20,196 nucleotides of DNA. It comes from a candidate division WWE3 bacterium CSP1-7 (lineage in GTDB: Bacteria > Patescibacteriota > WWE3 > 9FT-COMBO-53-11). The stretch covers positions 1 through 20,196 of the forward strand of contig LDXK01000007.1 of NCBI GenBank assembly GCA_001443395.1. The letters run 5' to 3'. The translations under genes were made by a program, and so were the position numbers. Shown piece by piece: positions 8,663-17,264 of the stretch. A model generated the notes under the pieces. The model saw only the letters and a program-made list of their open reading frames with translations. It had not been told where the DNA came from and made no database searches. The first letter of the stretch is position 1; every line of letters begins with the position of its first letter.

Positions 8663-9096
8663 GACACCGCGCCTTTGAGTTACGATTGCAGGAACTGGAA
8701 ATGCAGCTGGAGTTCCTGGTCAAACAGGTCAATGAGGCAAGAGCCTCCGGGGCGGAGAAGACCGTCATTGCCGAGCTGATGCTGAAGTACACCGATGTCG
8801 AGGCTCGGATGGACGAGATACATCTGTGGGAAAAGGCGGAGGAAGAGAACCCGCGGTATGGAACCCAGGTCAGGGTCAACGGGATGTGGCGCCCGAAGTT
8901 GCCGGAGTTTGGATCTCTGGAGAAAGCCCTAGAAGCCATGAACTCCCCAACCGGGGGAGGACACTCGGCGGCGGCCGTGAAAGCGGCAAGAGAGTTTCGG
9001 TCCAGCGAGGACGCCAGGGAAACCGTCAGGTCCTTAGACGGTAGAAGCCCGCTCGTTCCCGAGGAAGAACGGAAGCCGTTCAACACGACGCTATGA
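8659..9096 (+). CDS. Hypothetical coiled-coil protein, apparent paralog of the glycosyltransferase C-terminal domain
   Basis: ATGA overlaps at both ends, heptad-like N-terminus, and KLPxFxS motif shared with 7726-8115. Confidence 0.7.
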   Translation: MRHRAFELRLQELEMQLEFLVKQVNEARASGAEKTVIAELMLKYTDVEARMDEIHLWEKAEEENPRYGTQVRVNGMWRPKLPEFGSLEKALEAMNSPTGGGHSAAAVKAAREFRSSEDARETVRSLDGRSPLVPEEERKPFNTTL

Positions 9097-9713
9097 CCAG
9101 TGTGGATAAGCGCCTGGAGTTGGCCTACAAGAGTTCCCTCGTCGGGGCGAACCTGGAGAGAGCCGATTTGCGTGGGTTAGATTTGCGAGGCATCAATCTG
9201 ACCAGCGCCAACCTCCGAGGGGCCGATTTGTCGCAGGCGAACTTGTCGCAGGCGACACTGATTAGGACAGATTTGTCCAGGGCCAACATCCAACGGGCGA
9301 ACTTCACCGACGCCGACATGACGGGCTGCGACCTTACGGGCTGTTACGGCAGAGGGGCGAAGTTCTACAGGACCAAATTGTGCCTGGCCTATCTGAGATA
9401 CGCCCAGTTCAAGAACGCATTCTTCATCGAGTGCGACATGACTGGGGCGGATCTGCTGAATAGCCTCTTCCTGGGAGCGAAGTTTGATGGCTCCAACACA
9501 GAGGGCGTGAAGAATGCCGACAGGGCCATCTTCCTGTGGTGGTGGTCGCCGTTGAAGACGGGGAAGATCAGCTACGATCCGCTGCCGGGATGGATACAAC
9601 TGGACGAGAGCGTTACTGGAGTCGAGAGCGTTCGAGAGAACGCCGCCCGAGAGCGTGTTGAAGACTCCGTACAGAAGGCGTGGGAGGTTATGGACGATGC
9701 CTCGAAAGCGTAA
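9093..9713 (+). CDS. Pentapeptide repeat protein 2 (paralog of 8099-8662)
   Basis: ANLER ADLRG LDLRG INLTS ANLRG ADLSQ ANLSQ repeats and the same C-terminal motif (FxWxWxP...SYDP..G...SV.G...ENA). Confidence 0.9.
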   Translation: MTSVDKRLELAYKSSLVGANLERADLRGLDLRGINLTSANLRGADLSQANLSQATLIRTDLSRANIQRANFTDADMTGCDLTGCYGRGAKFYRTKLCLAYLRYAQFKNAFFIECDMTGADLLNSLFLGAKFDGSNTEGVKNADRAIFLWWWSPLKTGKISYDPLPGWIQLDESVTGVESVRENAARERVEDSVQKAWEVMDDASKA

Positions 9714-10026
9714 GGATCAGCCCGTTCCGTTGGAAGAACTGCGGTTCTCGGGGGATGCCAACCTCATCCTTGCCAGGCTCAAGGCAGAGTTGGCCGAGAG
9801 GGATAGGTATATCAACGTCCTGGAGAACGAGAACCTGGGCCTGGAGAAGTGTGCCAACAGGGTTTGGACTGCCCTGGAGGAGGCGGAGGCAATGGCAAAC
9901 CGCTTCCCGCAGTTTGTTCAGGATGCCCTGAATGACCCGAAAAAGCACGCCTCCAGACTGGCCGAGGCGGCTCGCTACGGCAGGATCTTCCGGGAAGCCA
10001 AGGACGACTTCCAGAGACTCAGATGA
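9697..10026 (+). CDS. Hypothetical coiled-coil protein (109 aa)
   Basis: Start at ATG 9697 (MPRKRK) with GGGAGG upstream, ATGA overlap with the neuA-like gene, and heptad-like LKAELAERDRYINVLENENLGLEK. Confidence 0.65.
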   Translation: MPRKRKDQPVPLEELRFSGDANLILARLKAELAERDRYINVLENENLGLEKCANRVWTALEEAEAMANRFPQFVQDALNDPKKHASRLAEAARYGRIFREAKDDFQRLR

Positions 10027-10736
10027 ACCGCCAGCAGAGGGTCCTCGGGGTCACGGCCGCCAGGGGAGGAAGCAAGGGCGTTCCCCGGAAGAATATCCGC
10101 CAGATCAATGGCATTCCCCTGATTGCCTACACCATCCGAGAAGCCAAGAAGAGCCATCTCATCAGTAGATACATTGTGTCTACAGATGATGACGAGATAG
10201 CTGAGGTTTCCCGCCACTACGGGGCCGGGGTTCTGATGCGGCCGTCGGAACTGGCCGAAGACCATACCCCAATGATTGCCGTGATGCAGCACGCCCTGAA
10301 GCGGTGCGAGGAGGAAGAGGGGGAGTGGTATGACATCGTGGCCGACCTAAGATGCACCAATCCTCTCAAGACGGCCTATGACATCGACGGGGCAATAGAG
10401 AAACTGATCCACACTGGGGCAGACGGGGTTATCGGGGTGACAAAGCTGGACGATCACCACCCGGCACGGATCAAGCGGGTCTTCGAGGATAGATTGATTG
10501 ACTTTGCCTGGCCCGAGCCGCCGGCGGGATTGCGACAGGAACTCAAACCAGATGCCTTCATCCGCAACGGCAGCTTGTATGTGGTGCTCAGGGATGCACT
10601 TCTAGACGGCATTCTTCTTCAGGGTAGCGATAATCTTAGGCCTTGGTACATGCCGCTGGAGAAGAGCGTGAACATCGACTCCGAGTTGGATTTTGTTCTG
10701 GTGGAGGCGCTCCTTGGACGCAACCGCAAGATTTGA
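10023..10736 (+). CDS. neuA: Acylneuraminate cytidylyltransferase (CMP-nonulosonate synthetase family)
   Basis: ARGGSKGVPRKNI, PLIAYTI, IVSTDDDEIA, RPSELAED, NGSLY and SVNIDSELDF motifs of CTP_transf_3 enzymes. Confidence 0.92.
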   Translation: MNRQQRVLGVTAARGGSKGVPRKNIRQINGIPLIAYTIREAKKSHLISRYIVSTDDDEIAEVSRHYGAGVLMRPSELAEDHTPMIAVMQHALKRCEEEEGEWYDIVADLRCTNPLKTAYDIDGAIEKLIHTGADGVIGVTKLDDHHPARIKRVFEDRLIDFAWPEPPAGLRQELKPDAFIRNGSLYVVLRDALLDGILLQGSDNLRPWYMPLEKSVNIDSELDFVLVEALLGRNRKI

Positions 10737-11433
10737 AGTCGGGGGTAAGGAGTTCAACTTTACGGCCCCCACGCCCCTCCAGTTCAGGACACTGCACAAG
10801 ATAGTGGATGCCTACTATTCAACCGATTATGTCAGGCAGCGTCTAGGAAACATTCGGCATATCGTTGATGTGGGCGCCTGCATAGGAACAATGTCTCTTG
10901 TTTACGAGGCTATATGGCCAGGGGTGGAAATACTTGCCATAGAACCACACCCAGACAACTTCAGGTATCTCGTGGAGAACTGTAGGGCGTTCAAGAACAT
11001 TCACCCCGTGAACATTGCCGTCAGCGACAAAGAGGAGAGAATACGCCTCGCCTTCCCAACCCCGGAACAGCGGCCGGACATAAAACGCCTTTATCTATTC
11101 GCCAACGTAGGAATGGTTTCTCGCTACGGACTCTCAGACGCATTTGTGGCGGAGGTGGACGCCGTACCGCTAGACAGTATTGTTGGATGGAATGTAGATT
11201 TCCTGAAAGTCGACGTAGAGGGGTCAGAAATGCAGGTCTTGCGCGGGGCCGAAGGGGTGCTCTCTGGAAATCCCCTCGTGACGGTGGAGTTGCGCCCCGA
11301 CAATCTGGCCATGGCGGGCCTGACCTGCGAAGACGTTGACGAACATCTACAGGGCATGGGATATGAGGCGGTGGCAAAGTTTATGGGAGACCCGTTGTAT
11401 CAACGCCGGAACTGGCGGCCATGGTTTTCATAG
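10714..11433 (+). CDS. FkbM-family SAM-dependent methyltransferase
   Basis: IVDVGACIG, AIEPHPDNF, AVSD, LDSI and DFLKVDVEGSEMQVLRGA. Probable TTG start at 10714 with GGAGG at 10703-10707. Confidence 0.88.
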   Translation: MDATARFEVGGKEFNFTAPTPLQFRTLHKIVDAYYSTDYVRQRLGNIRHIVDVGACIGTMSLVYEAIWPGVEILAIEPHPDNFRYLVENCRAFKNIHPVNIAVSDKEERIRLAFPTPEQRPDIKRLYLFANVGMVSRYGLSDAFVAEVDAVPLDSIVGWNVDFLKVDVEGSEMQVLRGAEGVLSGNPLVTVELRPDNLAMAGLTCEDVDEHLQGMGYEAVAKFMGDPLYQRRNWRPWFS

Positions 11434-12083
11434 CCGAACTCGGCAGTATGCATAAAGGCATTGAGGCGCTGGCCTATGAGATGGTGCGCAGGGCAAAGAT
11501 GTCTGGCGCAGATGCCGTGAAGTTCCAGTTCGGCTGGGGTCCCGATGCGGGGGACGCCCGCAGGTGGGCCGAGGCGAACGCCAAACTGATACGTGGCTGG
11601 TGTGACTACTTTGACATCCAGTTCGGGGCGTCGGTGTTCTCCTGGGGCGGGTTGGCCACGGCGGAATCTTGCGGCGTAGACTACCTGAAGATGGCGCATC
11701 CGGAGACATTTGCCAGGAATGCGCCTTTTGAGAACTACGAGAAGATATTGCATCTGTGTCTGCAAAGCGGCAAGCCGCTGTACGTTTCCGGGAGCAGTGC
11801 CCCTGGGGCGGTCTCTCTTTATTGTGTTCCGAAGTATCCCGTTTACCAGGAGGAACTACAACTGCCGATGCGCTTCTCTAGCCTGTGGTGGGGCGGCTAC
11901 TCATCGCACACTCATGGAATTGAGGATGCGCTGGTGGCCATTGGCAGGGGAGCGACGGTTATCGAGAAGCACGTAACCCTGGACAAGACCGAGGAGAGCA
12001 TCAAAGACAACCAGTTCGCGCTCTCATTTGAGGAGTTTGCCGAGATGGTCCATATCGGAAGGGCTATGTCGAGGCTGACATAA
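11421..12083 (+). CDS. neuB: NeuB/SpsE-family nonulosonic acid synthase, short form lacking the C-terminal antifreeze-like (SAF) domain
   Basis: FIAELGSMHKG, GADAVKFQ, YCVPKYP, GYSSHTHG, GATVIEKHVTLDK and DNQFAL motifs; only 220 aa. Confidence 0.85.
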   Translation: MVFIAELGSMHKGIEALAYEMVRRAKMSGADAVKFQFGWGPDAGDARRWAEANAKLIRGWCDYFDIQFGASVFSWGGLATAESCGVDYLKMAHPETFARNAPFENYEKILHLCLQSGKPLYVSGSSAPGAVSLYCVPKYPVYQEELQLPMRFSSLWWGGYSSHTHGIEDALVAIGRGATVIEKHVTLDKTEESIKDNQFALSFEEFAEMVHIGRAMSRLT

Positions 12084-13012
12084 TGTTGGCACACTGGAGC
12101 GCCCCCTACAGACCTCACTGGAAGATGTGGTCCTGGCCGTGCGAGACCTCGTTCTGGGAGGTCTATGAGGCGAAAGACCTGGAGGGGCTGCCGCCGATTG
12201 GCATTCTCTACGCCAACCCGAATGCGCACTACGTCCTGGACATGGCCGCCCTGGAGATGCTGCCCGACCTCAAGATGGTTGTGACGCCGTCTACGGGGAA
12301 CACGCACATTGATATGCTGGCCCTTAGGGAGGCCGGCGTTGAACTGCGGTCTCTGCTGGATGACCGTCCCGCCCTGGAGGAAATCAGGGCCAGTTCGGAG
12401 TTCACGTTCCTTCTCATTATGAATGCCCTGCGACGGCTGGATAAGATGCTGTTATCGGGGGAGTGGAAGCGGGACGAGGAAAGCCTGCGGGGGCACGAGC
12501 TATACGAGGCGATGATCGGGCTGGTGGGTCATGGGAGGATCGGCAAGAACGTCGAGAGATGGTGCCGAGAGTTCGGGGCGGGGGTGTACTGGTACGATCC
12601 CTACGACGACGCCAGGGATAACATCTACCAGTGCAGCATACCGTGGCAGTTCTCAAACTGTCATGTTGTGGTTCTGTGCTGTTCCCTGACGGCCGAGACA
12701 AGGGGCTCGATTACGGGCCAGATGGTCTACCGAATGCGGCCGAATGCGACCCTCATCAATACGGCTCGGGGCGAGCTTCTAGCAGACGATGTTTGCGACG
12801 CCCTCAGGAAGCGCCAGGATGTGACGGCCTGGTTTGACGTACTGCCGGGAGAGGCAAGCGGTGGACCGGAGCAGGCTTACCTGGAACTGCCAAATGTCCA
12901 CGTGACCCCGCACATTGCGGGTACGACATTCGAGAGCCAGGAGAAGGCGGCTAGAATTGCAATGCAATTGGCGGGGAGGTGGCTGAGTGCCTACAGCAAA
13001 AGTCCAGCCTAA
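12083..13012 (+). CDS. D-isomer-specific 2-hydroxyacid dehydrogenase (phosphoglycerate dehydrogenase-like)
   Basis: STGNTHID, Rossmann motif IGLVGHGRIG, YDPY, LINTARG, FDVLPGE and VTPHIAG (catalytic Arg/Glu/His pattern). TAATG overlap with the neuB-like gene. Confidence 0.9.
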   Translation: MLAHWSAPYRPHWKMWSWPCETSFWEVYEAKDLEGLPPIGILYANPNAHYVLDMAALEMLPDLKMVVTPSTGNTHIDMLALREAGVELRSLLDDRPALEEIRASSEFTFLLIMNALRRLDKMLLSGEWKRDEESLRGHELYEAMIGLVGHGRIGKNVERWCREFGAGVYWYDPYDDARDNIYQCSIPWQFSNCHVVVLCCSLTAETRGSITGQMVYRMRPNATLINTARGELLADDVCDALRKRQDVTAWFDVLPGEASGGPEQAYLELPNVHVTPHIAGTTFESQEKAARIAMQLAGRWLSAYSKSPA

Positions 13013-13265
13013 GATGTACGAGTTCGTGAAGGCGAGCAAGAAGGACTTCAACGCCATCGAGGTAGACGGGAAAGTCCTCAAGATGGGCAAGAAGACAGCC
13101 GCCTTCACGACGCACGATCCAACACTTGCAAATGAAATCAATGCCCGTTATGGGTGGCAGAGGGGCGCCACTGGCGACCTGATTATGAATACCGTAGACA
13201 CCCACCTTCGCCGGGTGAAGTTGTTCGTGATGCCGGAGCTTCCCTGGAAGCGAAAGAAGGAATAA
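12987..13265 (+). CDS. Hypothetical basic protein (92 aa)
   Basis: GTG start with GGAGG at 12975-12979; stop abuts the next ATG. Confidence 0.6.
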   Translation: MPTAKVQPKMYEFVKASKKDFNAIEVDGKVLKMGKKTAAFTTHDPTLANEINARYGWQRGATGDLIMNTVDTHLRRVKLFVMPELPWKRKKE

Positions 13266-14147
13266 ATGGCATTCGTTCTGAGCAACCTATTGCAGCAAGC
13301 ATTTACCAGATTGGGTCAGGCCAACATCTCCACTGCCACCGGGGGTTCTACCAGCACCGTTGTGGACAGCAAGCAGGGCGGGTTACACGGGGATAATGCC
13401 TGGAAGGATGGGGCCTGCCTCATTGTGAGAGATGCCGCCGGGGCATCCGCCGCTCCGGAGACCGAGATTGCGTTGGTCACCTCCTATACCGACTCGTCCG
13501 GCACATTTACGTCCGCGGCGTCGGCCTACACGGCGGCTCCGGCATCGGGCGATACGTTTATGTTCGTCAATGACTTCTACCCCCTGTTCACCATGATGGA
13601 GTTGGCGAACTCTGTATTACAGGCCCTGGGTCCTATCCCGCTCATAGACAGTTCGATCACCACGGCCGCCGCCCAGACAGAATACACCCTTCCGGTTACT
13701 GCGAAGAGGATGGCCCCACTTCGGGTGGAGTACAACACCAAGGTCGGTGACGCCAACGACAACCAGTATGTGCCGATTGATAACTACCGCATCGTTCCTG
13801 CGACTGCTGGAACAGCTGGAGTGATTGTCCTTCCACAACTGCCAACTAGCAGGACGGTTCGCATCTGGTACATGGGCGTCCATCCCACCCTGACTGCATA
13901 CAGCAGCGCGGTGGCAGAGGTCATTGATCCCGAGCTGGCAACGGCCCTGCTTGTCGAGAAGGCGCTGGAGTGGCAGAACTCCCGTCTTCAGGGGGGAGAC
14001 GACTTCCTGCTTCAGAGGTGGAACGACCAGAAGCAGCAGGTAGTTGAGGCCAGGGCGAACTTCCCCATCTGGAAGCCGAAGAGACGCCCCAGATTACTTG
14101 TGGTGGATGACTACATCGCAGAAGATGAGTTCACGCACCCAACATGA
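13266..14147 (+). CDS. Putative head-tail adaptor (tail tubular protein A-like)
   Basis: Short N-terminal helix (LSNLLQQAFTRLG), TTAAAQTEYTLP, VVLPQLP-like/VRIWY strand region and C-terminal helices, directly before a ~800-aa nozzle-sized gene. Confidence 0.6.
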   Translation: MAFVLSNLLQQAFTRLGQANISTATGGSTSTVVDSKQGGLHGDNAWKDGACLIVRDAAGASAAPETEIALVTSYTDSSGTFTSAASAYTAAPASGDTFMFVNDFYPLFTMMELANSVLQALGPIPLIDSSITTAAAQTEYTLPVTAKRMAPLRVEYNTKVGDANDNQYVPIDNYRIVPATAGTAGVIVLPQLPTSRTVRIWYMGVHPTLTAYSSAVAEVIDPELATALLVEKALEWQNSRLQGGDDFLLQRWNDQKQQVVEARANFPIWKPKRRPRLLVVDDYIAEDEFTHPT

Positions 14148-16522
14148 CAAAAGTAAACGTCGGCCCAAAGATCAAGAACCCGACCCACGACTTAGCCCTA
14201 GAGGGAGATAACTACCTATGGGGGCTGAAGTTAGATGGTGGCGTGCGGGGGATGCAGGAGATATCCCAGTCCCCCTCTACGATGCTGATTGGCAGCGGCG
14301 GGAAGAGGTTCGGCACTGGCGATCCGACGTTCACCGAGATTGAGCAGTCTTCGTGGCATGGCGGGAGAGGCTCAGAGTTCTTCTCCGATGATGAGACTAG
14401 ATACCTAGACGCCTGGCAGGCGATGACCCGCATTCCGGGTAGGCTTCTACCACAGTTGCGCTGGGACTTTGCGGCTTCCGCTCTGCTGACGACGAGGATT
14501 ACGGACACCATTCCCTTCGCCTCGCATTCGTGGAAGCAACTCAGGGGCGCAACCAGATACATTGATGTGAAGTTCACGTCGCTTGGCTTTACGGCGGACA
14601 AGTGCTACATCTGGCTGCGCCGCAGAGGAAGTCCCGGAACTCTGACGCTGGAACTCTGCGCCAACCTGGGAGACGACACTCCGGCGCTAACCGCAAATGC
14701 CCTCAAGTCCATAACTGTCACAACTTCGACAATTACCGATACTCTATCCAGGTTCTATGCCTTTGACTGGACAACCACACAGGCGCTAACTGCCTCGACC
14801 GCCTATCACATCAAGGTCTTCGGGGCCTCCACGGACAATGCCGCCAACCATTGGGAAGTGGCGGTGGACGAGAGCGGCTCTGCCTCCCTCACCGCCACAA
14901 CTGACGGGACCTGGACCGCCGCCTCCTTCAGCATGTACTTCCGCGTAGTTCCAGCAGATGCGGCTTTCAAGGGGCACTTCTTCACCATCAGCGGAACGTT
15001 CCACGTCATTACAGAGAAGGACTCTGGAGACAGCACCCTATTCGAGTGGGACGAGACGAACGATTTGTGGGTTGCCGTTACCTTGGATGCCGGAGATGCC
15101 CTAAGCGGAACGGTGAAGTCGGTGGCCACCAGCAAGAACATCGCCCACTGTGCCAGGGGAACGACGGGCGGGTCTGAGACCATCTGGACATTCACCAACG
15201 TTTCTGGTACTGCCACTGGGCAGGACGACGCCACCGGTGCCAACAAGGCCGACTTGGTTCTAGCCTACAACGACCCCGTAGATGGCCCCCAGATAGCCAG
15301 ATTTGAGAATGACAACTGGTACTGGTCACGGTCGGACGTGAAGGCGCTCAACACCGACCTTGTATTCGGGACAGACGTGGAGTTCCCGCAGGGCTTCAAT
15401 GCACTTGCGATGGCGTTCTACAACGACCAGGTGTGGGTCAGGACCACGGATGGCATTCACTCGGTGAAGAACGACCGCCCATCCCGCCTCGATGTTGGGC
15501 TGGAAGCTGTCCTAGAACCATCGACCTCGGCGGGCGCGCTGCTTGCCAAGGACCTTTTCCTCTATCTGGCATGGTCGTTCTCGATTGAGCGATTGTATGG
15601 CGGGACGCTGGACGACATAGGCCCCTGGAAGGGCGCCGGTCTACCAGATGGAAGGCAGGGAGTTGTCTCCTGTTTCTGCTCTGGCATCGGCGGTATCTAC
15701 GTGGGAATAGACGGCGGCTCTGGGAATACATCGTCGGTATTCTTCACCACAAACGGCAGGGACTACGAGGAGGTGTTCCGTGCGTGGGAGGCTGGACAGA
15801 GAGTTCGCAACATCGCCTACCAGCCGCAGAATGGGACGACCAACCCCGCAAGACTGTGGATCAGCGTCGGCAGCGATCTGGTATTCATTGCCTTACCCGA
15901 CCAGTCCATGAACCCGCTGCACGACTCCGACAGCCGGTTCGTCCACGAGTATTCCATCACATCCCCGACGCACGACTTCGGGGCATCCCATCTGCCTAAG
16001 TTCTTCAGGGCAGTTGAGCTGTCGGCGGACAACCTGGGGGCCGAGTGTGATGTGGGAGTGGATTACCAAATAGACAAGGACGTGGGCACATCCACCTGGG
16101 TAGAACAAACCACCCTATACCAATCACCTCACGACGTGGCCGACCTGAACATGGGCAACCGCAAGAAACTGCGCTACCGCCTTCGGGCAAACACTTCCAA
16201 TGCGGCTACCCCGCCCGCCGTGAATGCGGTGGTGGTCACCGGCTTCGCCAGAACGAAACTCAAGCGGCAGTGGAACCTGCGGGTAAAGGCCGCCGACCTT
16301 CAAAGAACACGGACGGGCGGCAAAGACCACTCGTGGTCCAGCTTCTATGCCTTCATCCAGGAGGGGGCAAAGCAGGCGGACGACTTTGTGCTGCGCTCTC
16401 CAGAGGTAGAACTGGACGGGCTGCATGTTGTGATAGATGCGCCCACCGTTATGCGGAAGTTTGTGAACACGATCCAGAAGTGGGTTGGGGGTTCCTTTGC
16501 TCTCACCCTGCGCGAGGCGTAG
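14144..16522 (+). CDS. Putative tail nozzle / head-closure protein (792 aa)
   Basis: Beta-rich, W/Y/T-rich. N-terminal QSSWHGGRG and C-terminal ITSPTHDFGASHLPKFFRAVEL...KKLRYRL resemble podovirus nozzle/stabilisation proteins; follows the adaptor. Confidence 0.65.
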   Translation: MTKVNVGPKIKNPTHDLALEGDNYLWGLKLDGGVRGMQEISQSPSTMLIGSGGKRFGTGDPTFTEIEQSSWHGGRGSEFFSDDETRYLDAWQAMTRIPGRLLPQLRWDFAASALLTTRITDTIPFASHSWKQLRGATRYIDVKFTSLGFTADKCYIWLRRRGSPGTLTLELCANLGDDTPALTANALKSITVTTSTITDTLSRFYAFDWTTTQALTASTAYHIKVFGASTDNAANHWEVAVDESGSASLTATTDGTWTAASFSMYFRVVPADAAFKGHFFTISGTFHVITEKDSGDSTLFEWDETNDLWVAVTLDAGDALSGTVKSVATSKNIAHCARGTTGGSETIWTFTNVSGTATGQDDATGANKADLVLAYNDPVDGPQIARFENDNWYWSRSDVKALNTDLVFGTDVEFPQGFNALAMAFYNDQVWVRTTDGIHSVKNDRPSRLDVGLEAVLEPSTSAGALLAKDLFLYLAWSFSIERLYGGTLDDIGPWKGAGLPDGRQGVVSCFCSGIGGIYVGIDGGSGNTSSVFFTTNGRDYEEVFRAWEAGQRVRNIAYQPQNGTTNPARLWISVGSDLVFIALPDQSMNPLHDSDSRFVHEYSITSPTHDFGASHLPKFFRAVELSADNLGAECDVGVDYQIDKDVGTSTWVEQTTLYQSPHDVADLNMGNRKKLRYRLRANTSNAATPPAVNAVVVTGFARTKLKRQWNLRVKAADLQRTRTGGKDHSWSSFYAFIQEGAKQADDFVLRSPEVELDGLHVVIDAPTVMRKFVNTIQKWVGGSFALTLREA

Positions 16523-16953
16523 TGAAACCCTTCCGCTATAAACTGCGCCCTCGTCCCCCGAAGATGCCGCTGAACAGGATAGCGGGGGCGAGTGAGACAG
16601 AGAGACTGACTGGCTTTGTGCATGGGAAAGAGGCGTCTGATCTGGAGGAGAGGTTTGCTCGGGCGCTGGATAGGGCGGGTAAGGATTACCGATTTGAGTA
16701 TCTAGTTCTATCCAACGTAGGACTTCCGGGCGAGGAGAACCAGATTGACTTTGTGGTAGAGGATATCTACCCGGTGGAGATTGACGGCAACTTCACGCAC
16801 AAGTCGGCAGAGCAGAAAGCGCATGACCAACAGAGAGATGCCATCCTGAATGAGCAACTATCTGACTGGGGGTGGTATCCGATTGACCGCATTCCGGGGG
16901 ACTTTCTGGAGACGCAGGAAGCCGCCAACCAGATAGTCGGGGAGAAATTCTAG
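16522..16953 (+). CDS. DUF559/Vsr-like PD-(D/E)XK endonuclease-family protein
   Basis: SDLEERFARAL, IDFVV, VEIDGNFTH and DQQRDAILNEQLSDWGW..RI. GTG start at 16522 overlaps the nozzle stop (TAGTG). Confidence 0.75.
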   Translation: MKPFRYKLRPRPPKMPLNRIAGASETERLTGFVHGKEASDLEERFARALDRAGKDYRFEYLVLSNVGLPGEENQIDFVVEDIYPVEIDGNFTHKSAEQKAHDQQRDAILNEQLSDWGWYPIDRIPGDFLETQEAANQIVGEKF

Positions 16954-17264
16954 TGGGCCAAGTCCTTCCAACTCAGTACCAGGGCGAGAACGCCATCGTC
17001 CCGTGGGTTCTGTCCTTCACGTGGGCGGCGGAGGTTTCCGCTCCCACGTCTGTCACTGCCTACAAGAACGGAACTGACGTGAGTTCGACGGTTCTTTCGG
17101 GGTCGAACAGCGTCAGTGAAACTAACCTGACGCTCAAGGCTTTGGGTTCTACCACGGGCGGAGAGTTGTACATCATTGATATTGTCGTTGCGGTGGACGG
17201 CGTTACCGATGAGTGGTGGCTGCCGGTGCAGGTGCTCAAAGAAACGACGGGCAAGACGACGTGA
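16953..17264 (+). CDS. Small beta-rich virion protein, possible fibre-attachment adaptor (103 aa)
   Basis: TAGTG-coupled GTG start, T/S/V-rich, located before the fibre genes. Confidence 0.5.
   Translation: MGQVLPTQYQGENAIVPWVLSFTWAAEVSAPTSVTAYKNGTDVSSTVLSGSNSVSETNLTLKALGSTTGGELYIIDIVVAVDGVTDEWWLPVQVLKETTGKTT

Noticed and set aside
8099-9713. Calling the pentapeptide proteins qnr/mfpA resistance genes
   Set aside because: Only the generic repeat is shared, and they carry a distinct C-terminal motif; there is no evidence for quinolone resistance.
16270-16521. Long N-terminal extension of the nuclease ORF given by the track
   Set aside because: Overlaps the nozzle gene by about 250 nt; the coupled GTG at 16522 is more plausible.
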